From NCBI GenBank assembly GCA_963663275.1, contig OY760183.1, forward strand, positions 928,001-992,000: 64,000 nucleotides of DNA, given 5' to 3'. The notes below the pieces were generated by a model that searched no databases, was not told where the DNA came from, and worked only from the letters and a program-made list of their open reading frames with translations. This stretch comes from Chloroflexota bacterium (GTDB taxonomy: Bacteria; Chloroflexota; UBA11872; VXOZ01). Positions 1 to 7,026 of this stretch are shown here, one piece after another. The position numbers were made by a program, and so were the translations under genes. Each line of letters starts with the position of its first letter. Position 1 is the first letter of the stretch.

Positions 1-633
1 GCCATGGTGATTGCCGACATGCCGTTCCTTTCGTACCAGGTATCCCGCGAACAGGCGCTGCTCAACGCCGGCCGGTTGCTCCAGGATGGCGGCGCGCAAG
101 GGGTAAAGCTGGAAGGCGGCAAGCAGACCGTGGCGTTAACGGAACACCTGACGGCGGCCGGGATTCCGGTGATGGGTCACCTGGGCCTCACCCCGCAGTC
201 GGTGCATCAAATGGGCGGCTACCGCGCGCAGGGGCGCACCCTGGCGGAAGCGAAGGAACTCAGGCGCGACGCGCTCGCGCTGGAGCAGGCCGGCGCGTTC
301 GCGATCGTGCTGGAGAGCATACCGGCCGCGCTCGCGCGGAAGATTACGGAGTCGCTTGCCGTTCCCACCATCGGCATTGGCGCCGGCGTCCACTGCGACG
401 GGCAGATACAGGTCTTGCACGACCTGCTCGGCCTCAATCCCCGCGCCGAACATCCCCGCCACGCCAAGGCGTACGCCAACCTGGGAGACGACGTGCGCGC
501 CGCCGTGGATGCGTACGCGCGTGAGGTCGAGGCCGGCGCGTTTCCCACCCGTGAGCACAGCTTCAAGCTGCCCAACGAACTGGCCCGCGCCCTGCGCCAG
601 GAGACCCCGGTTTCAACCACGGACCAGGGCTAG
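1..633 (+). CDS. panB: 3-methyl-2-oxobutanoate hydroxymethyltransferase (5'-truncated by window edge)
   Basis: Motifs ADMPF, VKLEGG, GHLGLTPQS, IGIGAG, DGQIQVLHDLLG; directly upstream of panC. Confidence 0.97.
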   Translation, partial: AMVIADMPFLSYQVSREQALLNAGRLLQDGGAQGVKLEGGKQTVALTEHLTAAGIPVMGHLGLTPQSVHQMGGYRAQGRTLAEAKELRRDALALEQAGAFAIVLESIPAALARKITESLAVPTIGIGAGVHCDGQIQVLHDLLGLNPRAEHPRHAKAYANLGDDVRAAVDAYAREVEAGAFPTREHSFKLPNELARALRQETPVSTTDQG

Positions 634-681
634 TACGTTCAAGCCCTGCGCCGCGCACGCTCGCAACCCAGCGGAACGCGC

Positions 682-1542
682 ATGGAGACCCTACGCACGA
701 TTCAAGCGGTTCGCGCCGCCCGCCAAGAGGTCCAAGGCAGCGTCGGGCTTGTGCCCACCATGGGGTATCTGCACGCGGGCCACAGGGCGCTGGTGCAAGC
801 CGCCCGCGCCGAGAACGACCACTGCTGGGCAACGCTCTTCGTAAACTCCCTGCAATTCGGCTCTGGCGAGGACTTTGCCACCTACCCCCGCGATCCGCAG
901 CGCGACATGGGCCTGTTCGCGGAGTGGGGCGTGGACGCGGTTTTCGCGCCGGAGGCGGGCACGATGTACGCGGACGACTTCAGCACGTACGTGAACGTCG
1001 AGAGCCTTACCGATCGATTGGAAGGGGCGGCGCGGCCGGGGCACTTTCGCGGCGTAACCACGGTGGTCTGCAAGTTGCTCAACCTCGTGCAGCCCCACCG
1101 CGCGTACTTTGGCCGCAAGGACGCCCAGCAACTCCGCGTAATCCAACGCATGGCGCGCGACCTGAACATCCCCACCACTATCGCGCCGGTGGCCACGGTG
1201 CGGGAAGCGGACGGCCTCGCGCTTGCCAGCCGCAACGTGCACCTGAAGCCGGCGGAACGCCAGGCGGCGAAAGTGGTGTACCGCGCCCTGGAAGCGGCGG
1301 CAAGGCGTTTCGCCGCCGGCGAACGTGATGCCGCCGCCCTGCGCGTCGCCATGCATGAGACGCTGGCCCGCGAACCCCTGGCGCGCGTGGACTACGTGAG
1401 CGTCGCCGACGACGAGACGCTGGCAGAACTGGCCGCCGTCCACGGTCCGGCGCTGGCCTCCCTCGCCGTCCGCATCGGCAACACCCGCCTCATCGACGCC
1501 ATGGAGCTAGACAGCGGAGACAATTCACCCCACAAGGCTTGA
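682..1542 (+). CDS. panC: Pantoate--beta-alanine ligase
   Basis: VPTMGYLHAGH, RPGHFRGV, YFGRKDAQQ, READGLALASRN, RLID motifs. Confidence 0.97.
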   Translation: METLRTIQAVRAARQEVQGSVGLVPTMGYLHAGHRALVQAARAENDHCWATLFVNSLQFGSGEDFATYPRDPQRDMGLFAEWGVDAVFAPEAGTMYADDFSTYVNVESLTDRLEGAARPGHFRGVTTVVCKLLNLVQPHRAYFGRKDAQQLRVIQRMARDLNIPTTIAPVATVREADGLALASRNVHLKPAERQAAKVVYRALEAAARRFAAGERDAAALRVAMHETLAREPLARVDYVSVADDETLAELAAVHGPALASLAVRIGNTRLIDAMELDSGDNSPHKA

Positions 1543-1550
1543 CACGTCAT

Positions 1551-1656
1551 GTCATTCCGAGCGCAGCGAGGAATCTAATACGTAGCGCGGGGGCTTGTCC
1601 CCCGCCAGGGCGTAGGGAACCGGAACGACAGTAGCGCGGGGGCTAGTCCCCCGCTC
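1551..1656. repeat. REP cluster: one GTCATTCCGAGCGCAGCGAGGAATCT palindrome plus two GTAG-type REP-A palindromes (GTAGCGCGGGGGCTTGTCCCCCGC)
   Basis: The same palindromes recur many times in intergenic DNA of this window. Confidence 0.85.
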
Positions 1657-1706
1657 GGCGGCGCCCGCGTTTGCGTGAAGAACATGGTTTTTCGCCCCGA
1701 TCCACA

Positions 1707-2900
1707 TCACGGGGCCGAACTTTCACCACGATCATCTTCAAAGCCATCGAGAACCCCGGCGAATTCACTCAGCGGGACCGCTTCGCCATGCGTGCGCGCC
1801 TGCCGTTCCGCGCCGCCATAGACGACGCACGTGGCGGTAATGTCCGGTATGCGCTTGGCCACGCGCTTGAGCGCGTCGAAGTAGTCCGACGCTACCGTCG
1901 CGCCGGACTTTACCTCGATTGCGCCGATGCCGTGCCCGGTTTCGTAGAGAAGGTCGCACTCCAGCCCCCGCGCGTCGCGGAAGAACGAGAGATTAGCGCG
2001 CCGGCCCCGGTTGAAGCGGCGCTTGAGGGCCTCGATGACAACGGTGTTTTCAAAGAGCGGCCCGCGCAAGGGATGGGTGGCTACCTGACTGGCGTGCTCG
2101 ATGCCGATGAGATAGCTCGCCAGCCCCACGTCGTAGAAATAGAGTTTCGGCGATTTGATCAGGCGCTTCCGCAAGTTGGCGTGAAACGGTTGGAGTTGGA
2201 AGACGACGTAACTCGCTTCCAAGACCGTAAGCCAGGCGCGCGCCGTTGCGTGGGAAACGCCGGCGTCAGCCCCCAGGGACGAAAGATTGACCAATTGACC
2301 CACGCGTCCGGCGCAGAGGCGCACGAACCGTTGAAAGTTGGAGAGGTTGCGGATCTCGCCCAACCGCCGCACGTCCCGCTCGACGTAGGTCTCGAAGTAA
2401 TCGCCCAGGGCCTGCCGCGCGTCCAGCCCTTGGGCGTGGATACGGGGATAGAACCCTGAGTAGAGGACGTCGTCCACCGCGTTGCTCGCGCCGGTCTGTC
2501 GCCGCTCGGCCAGGGAGAACGGCAGGAGGCGGAGCAGCGCCGTGCGCCCGGCCAGCGACTGGCTGATCGCGTTGGAAAGCCGGAACTGCTCGCTGCCCGT
2601 CAGCACGAAGAGGCTGTTGCGCCCCTTCTCGTCGGCGATGACTTGCAGGTAAGACAGGAGACTGGGAACGCGCTGTATCTCATCCAGAATCGCGCCGTTG
2701 TCAAGACGCGCCAGAAATCCGCGCGGGTCGGATTCCGCGAACTCCCTTTGGTCCGGCGCTTCGAGATTCACGTACGCCAGGTCCGGAAACGCGGCGCGGC
2801 AGAGCGTGGTCTTGCCCGACTGCCGCGGACCGGTCACCGTGACAAACGGGTACTGCTTGAACAACGCAACGAGGCGGGGAGTGATTTCACGCGCTATCAT
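1707..2900 (-). CDS. AAA_14-type ATPase with DUF4143 and C-terminal PD-(D/E)xK-like domain
   Basis: GPRQSGKTT Walker A, ILDEIQ Walker B, LTGS, KSPKLYFYDVGL, ECDLL...AIEVKS; start ATG 2900 (MIAREITPRL). Confidence 0.92.
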   Translation of the reverse strand: MIAREITPRLVALFKQYPFVTVTGPRQSGKTTLCRAAFPDLAYVNLEAPDQREFAESDPRGFLARLDNGAILDEIQRVPSLLSYLQVIADEKGRNSLFVLTGSEQFRLSNAISQSLAGRTALLRLLPFSLAERRQTGASNAVDDVLYSGFYPRIHAQGLDARQALGDYFETYVERDVRRLGEIRNLSNFQRFVRLCAGRVGQLVNLSSLGADAGVSHATARAWLTVLEASYVVFQLQPFHANLRKRLIKSPKLYFYDVGLASYLIGIEHASQVATHPLRGPLFENTVVIEALKRRFNRGRRANLSFFRDARGLECDLLYETGHGIGAIEVKSGATVASDYFDALKRVAKRIPDITATCVVYGGAERQARTHGEAVPLSEFAGVLDGFEDDRGESSAP

Positions 2901-2907
2901 ACCGTGC

Positions 2908-2959
2908 AGTATAGAAGGGGTTGTGTATAATTGCAAGTACTACTTTCAATTATACACAA
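2908..2959 (-). promoter_or_regulatory. Sigma70-like promoter (TTGCAA-17-TATACT) overlapped by a 39-bp AT-rich palindrome; probable leaderless transcript
   Basis: -10 at 2908-2913 lies 7 nt from ATG 2900; -35 at 2931-2936; palindrome 2921-2959 has 19-bp arms with one mismatch. Confidence 0.7.
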
Positions 2960-3217
2960 TCCGCGTACCTGCTATGAGTGCGCGGTTATGCGCGGGCGAT
3001 CCCCCCGATCACGCTGCGTGCACAAGCCGTAGAGGCTTGTGCGCCATTGCGCCCGCGTGACGCTCATGCCACAGTTGCGCTAGTATGGAGACGTGCCTGC
3101 GGCACAGCTTTCTTCTATCCCACAACGGGAGACCGGCGCCGGAGTTCCGGCGCCTTAACTGTGCCGCGCGCTGACACCGAACGCTAACCGCTTGCCAGAC
3201 CGAAGAAGGACGCAACG

Positions 3218-4213
3218 ATGCTCGGAACGATGAATTCGCCCGTACTCTGGATCGGCTTTACCGCCGTCGTCTTGACCCTGCTGATCCTCGACCTGCTGGT
3301 ATTCCACCGCGGCGCGCACGTGATCAAGCCGCGCGAGGCCGCGACGTGGGTTGCCATCTGGGTGAGTCTCGCCCTGGCGTTTGCCGTGGGCATGTTCATC
3401 TTTGCCGGACCCGAACGCGGCACCGAGTTCATCACCGGCTATCTCATCGAGTGGACGTTGAGCGTCGATAATCTCTTCGTCTTCCTCATCATCTTCACGT
3501 ACTTCGCGGTGCCTCACGAGTACCGCTACAACGTGCTTTTCTGGGGCATTCTGGCCGCCATCATCCTGCGGGGCACGTTCATCCTCATCGGCGCGGCCCT
3601 GCTGAGCACGTTCCACTGGATGATCTTCGTCTTTGGCGGTTTCCTGATCTACACCGGCTTCCGCATCCTGATCAAGGGCGACGAGGATACCGACCCCGAG
3701 CGCAACTTTGCCGTGCGCCTCTTTCGCAAGATATTGCCCAGCACGGCGAACTACCACGGCGGCAGCTACATCGTGAAGCTGGACGGCCGCTGGCTGGCAA
3801 CGCCCTTACTGCTGGTGCTGCTGGTGGTGAACGTGACCGACGTGGTGTTCGCCCTGGATTCCGTGCCGGCCATCTTCGCCATCACGCGGGAGCCGTTCAT
3901 CGTCTACTCGGCCAACATCTTCGCCATCCTCGGCCTGCGCGCACTCTACTTCCTGCTGGCGAACCTGATGGACCGGTTCCACTACCTCAGCGTGGGGCTT
4001 GGTCTGGTGCTGGTCTTTGTGGGTGTCAAGATGGTGGTGGGAGACTTCCACGACGTGCCCAAAGGCGACCACCTTTTGACGCCGCTGCTGAAGGGCATCG
4101 AAACGGTGGCGACCGCCTTCCACGACCAGCCGGTCTACTCGCTGGCCGTGGTGGGAATCCTGCTGGGCGGCTCGGTCATCGCGTCCCTGCTGCGTCCGGT
4201 GGCACACGAGTAA
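3218..4213 (+). CDS. terC: TerC/Alx family membrane protein
   Basis: GYLIEWTLSVDNLFVF, DVVFALDSVPAIFAIT, NIFAILGLRALYF motifs. Confidence 0.93.
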   Translation: MLGTMNSPVLWIGFTAVVLTLLILDLLVFHRGAHVIKPREAATWVAIWVSLALAFAVGMFIFAGPERGTEFITGYLIEWTLSVDNLFVFLIIFTYFAVPHEYRYNVLFWGILAAIILRGTFILIGAALLSTFHWMIFVFGGFLIYTGFRILIKGDEDTDPERNFAVRLFRKILPSTANYHGGSYIVKLDGRWLATPLLLVLLVVNVTDVVFALDSVPAIFAITREPFIVYSANIFAILGLRALYFLLANLMDRFHYLSVGLGLVLVFVGVKMVVGDFHDVPKGDHLLTPLLKGIETVATAFHDQPVYSLAVVGILLGGSVIASLLRPVAHE

Positions 4214-4290
4214 CACGGCCGCCGCCAAGGGGAGACGAGCGATTAATTTCCATTCCCTCCGCAGGAGTGCAATTAGCCCCCTCTCCCTGG

Positions 4291-4436
4291 CTGACAGGGG
4301 TAGGCAAGTGTCATTCCGAGCGGAGCGAGGAATCTAGAACCGACGTTTTTGCAGCGAAAGCCTTAGATTCCTCTCTCCGCTGCGCTCCGCTCGGAATGAC
4401 ACGTGAAGTCGAATGTAGAATGCCTACCCCTGTCAG
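4291..4436. mobile_element. MITE-like element family 2, copy 1
   Basis: Perfect 16-bp TIR CTGACAGGGGTAGGCA (4291-4306 / 4421-4436), 10-bp flanking duplication CTCTCCCTGG, internal inverted GTCATTCCGAG REP pair. Confidence 0.8.
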
Positions 4437-4473
4437 CTCTCCCTGGGGGAGAGGGCCGGGGTGAGGGGGCGGT

Positions 4474-4680
4474 ACTGTTGTCGCGTTAACGTAGCGCGGG
4501 GGCTTGTCCCCCGCCGGAGCGAGAGCAAGCAACACGTTACGGGTTGGCCCACAGGGTCGCAGAGCCCGCCGCACACGAGATACGGAGTTGCAAACGTTCC
4601 CCTGAACGTATCGAAGGGCTGTGCATCCAGGGATTGAGCGAGCAGGATATTGGCGCAGGTTACAAACCTGCGCTACCGGA
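4474..4680. repeat. Degenerate family-1 MITE end followed by REP-A and an inverted REP-B (GCGCAGGTTACAAACCTGCGCTAC)
   Basis: TGTTGTCGCGTTAA-CGTAGCGCGGGGG matches the ends of copies at 35171 and 42176. Confidence 0.6.
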
Positions 4681-4729
4681 AGTTGAGCGAGCAGGGCGTT
4701 GGCGCGGCTGTTTACCCACGCAGAGGCGC

Positions 4730-6826
4730 TCACTCGCCGATTTCCAGGGTCACCACGTCCACGTCCGTCAGGCGCGGCAGGGTGACGAACGTGTGTTTGC
4801 CCGCCGGACGGACCTGCACGGTCTGGCCGCTGGCCGCCCGCGCCGCGCGCACCGGCAGCGCGGACTTGACCGTCACGTCGGCCAGCGGCGTCGCTGCCGG
4901 CACGTCCACCCAGGGGCCGGCGCGCCGTCCGCGCCCGACCCCCGGGCCCATGGGCCGGGTCACGGGGCAGTTCACCAGGAAGACCTTGAGCAGGTCGCCG
5001 TCCCGGGTGTAGGCGGCCTCCACGTTGGGCGCGCCTTGCACGCGCAACAGGGCGGCGTAGCCGATGTACAGCAGAATCCGCATTATCATGCGTCCGAACG
5101 CCCGCGCGCCCCGCAGCATGTATTCGGCGAACGGCTCGTGGTTGCAGTAAGCGATCTGGCCTTCCCCAAAGCGCCCGAATACCACCGCCGGCATCCCGGT
5201 TTCCGTGCTCCAGCGCGTGCCGTGGCTATCCCACACCTCGCCGCGCGGCTCGACTACGGGCTTCAGCGAATAGGCCAGTTCGCCAAAGCCGGGAAAGTTG
5301 CGCAGCGGCCAGTGCCCCAGGGAACACGCCAACTCCCAATCGGGAATCTCCCACGCCTCCGGCGCGTGGACGTACCAGCCGTCCTGGCGCGCGTGGCCGT
5401 GGTCTTGGCGCTCGGCCAGGATGATGCCCAGGTCGCGCTGCAGGTTGTTCGCGCCGGTAACGAGCATGCGGCCGCCATTTTCCACGAATTGCCGCAGGAG
5501 CGTGAGCGACTCCGGCTTGAGATCGCCGGGGTGCGCGACGATGAGCGCCTTCAAACCGGCGAGGTCGTCCGCTTCCAGCACGTCGTCGCACACCAGCCGG
5601 AAGGGAAAGTGCTGCTCGGCCAGGTACTTGTACGCGCCGGCCGTATCGCGGCTGAAGCCGGCTGTAGTAGGCACGGCGCCCAACGCCGTCTGCTCTTCCG
5701 AGAAGAGCAGGCCCACGTCCGCGTACGCCGTTGACGCGGCGCGTTCCTCCGCCAGCGGCCCGATCTTCTTGAAGGTTGCGGCCACTTTGTCCAGCGCCGG
5801 TTTGCCAAAGAAGCCGCTGCGCGCGTCCGGCGCGCCCCAGAGCACGGTGGCGTCGGCCCCGGCGCTGAGCGCGCTGGCGGCCTGGTAGGTAAGCTGGCTT
5901 TCGCTCACGCCCCCGTACATCACGTTGTCCCAGCAGAAGGCGATTTCCACGGGACGGCCCCGCGCCAGCGCCCGCAGGCGGTGCGTCTGCTGCGCCGGCA
6001 GGAAGAAGTTGGCGCCGGTGGCGTCGGATTCGCCAAAGAGGTAGTCGTCGTGGGTGTAGGGCCAATAGGCGTTGTGGGTGAGTTGCACGTCCCGGCCGCT
6101 GGCGCGGATGCGTTCCTTCACGCCCGCCAGGTAGGTTTCCACTACGCGGTTGCCGAAAGCGGCCAGGCGCGCGCGGTGTTCCCGCCCGAAACGGCCGCGC
6201 CGCCCGCCGCCGGGGCGCCGCCTTCGCGAACGCGGGCCGGGGCCCGGTCGCGGTCGCGGCGGCTCGGGCAATGGTTCGCCAAATTGCTCCCGCCACGCCG
6301 CCTGGCAGTAATCGCAATAGCACAGCGCCCGGTAGTGGACGATGTCCAGGAAGAGCCGGTCAAAGGTATAGCCGGACAGCAGTTCGTCGAGCATTGTGTA
6401 GGTGTAGTCGCGGTAGGGAGAATTGAGGCAGAGCCAACGCCAGCGCGTCGGCGGGCCGGGCAGAGGATTGCCGTCCGCGTCCCGGCTGCGCCAGTCGGGC
6501 TGCGCGCGATAGGCATGCTCGTCCCAGCGGACGGAGTAGTAGAGGCCGGGATCGATGCCGCGGCGGCGGGCGGCGGCGAGTTGTTCGCCGATCAGGTCGC
6601 GCCCGCGGCCGGCGTCCTCCCCATCCAGCGCCGGATGCCGCGGGCCGGCCGTGGTTGCATAGTAGGCGTGACCCCAGTGGCACTTGGCTTGCAGCAAGAC
6701 CGCGTCGGCGCCAATCTCCTCCAGCGCCGCCATCTGCGCCTCAGGATCCACCTGGGAGAGGGTACCCGCGCCATAGGGCCCAAAGTGGTTGTCGATGAGT
6801 ATGCGTTTTGGGCCGGCCTTTGCCAT
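4730..6826 (-). CDS. Putative glycoside hydrolase (GHL6/alpha-fucosidase-like TIM barrel plus beta-galactosidase trimerisation-like domain)
   Basis: AKCHWGHAYY, LCLNSPY, FLDI, CYCDYC, ADVGLLFS...GAYKYL; RBS AAGGAG before ATG 6826. Confidence 0.75.
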   Translation of the reverse strand: MAKAGPKRILIDNHFGPYGAGTLSQVDPEAQMAALEEIGADAVLLQAKCHWGHAYYATTAGPRHPALDGEDAGRGRDLIGEQLAAARRRGIDPGLYYSVRWDEHAYRAQPDWRSRDADGNPLPGPPTRWRWLCLNSPYRDYTYTMLDELLSGYTFDRLFLDIVHYRALCYCDYCQAAWREQFGEPLPEPPRPRPGPGPRSRRRRPGGGRRGRFGREHRARLAAFGNRVVETYLAGVKERIRASGRDVQLTHNAYWPYTHDDYLFGESDATGANFFLPAQQTHRLRALARGRPVEIAFCWDNVMYGGVSESQLTYQAASALSAGADATVLWGAPDARSGFFGKPALDKVAATFKKIGPLAEERAASTAYADVGLLFSEEQTALGAVPTTAGFSRDTAGAYKYLAEQHFPFRLVCDDVLEADDLAGLKALIVAHPGDLKPESLTLLRQFVENGGRMLVTGANNLQRDLGIILAERQDHGHARQDGWYVHAPEAWEIPDWELACSLGHWPLRNFPGFGELAYSLKPVVEPRGEVWDSHGTRWSTETGMPAVVFGRFGEGQIAYCNHEPFAEYMLRGARAFGRMIMRILLYIGYAALLRVQGAPNVEAAYTRDGDLLKVFLVNCPVTRPMGPGVGRGRRAGPWVDVPAATPLADVTVKSALPVRAARAASGQTVQVRPAGKHTFVTLPRLTDVDVVTLEIGE

Positions 6827-7026
6827 GGGGTGTCTCCTTTTTCCGGCGGCGAGATTGCCTGCGCTCGGCACGTTTCCCCTCAATGCTACTCAAGCGGCGT
6901 CCGCTTGCCAACCGGTTGCCCCTCCCGCCTTCCGCAGACCGCGAACAGGGCCGAATTAGAGCGGCCCGCGCGCGAAAGAGTATGATAGGCAGCAAAGTAA
7001 GTACGTCCTTCGGTGGAGATTGCGGA

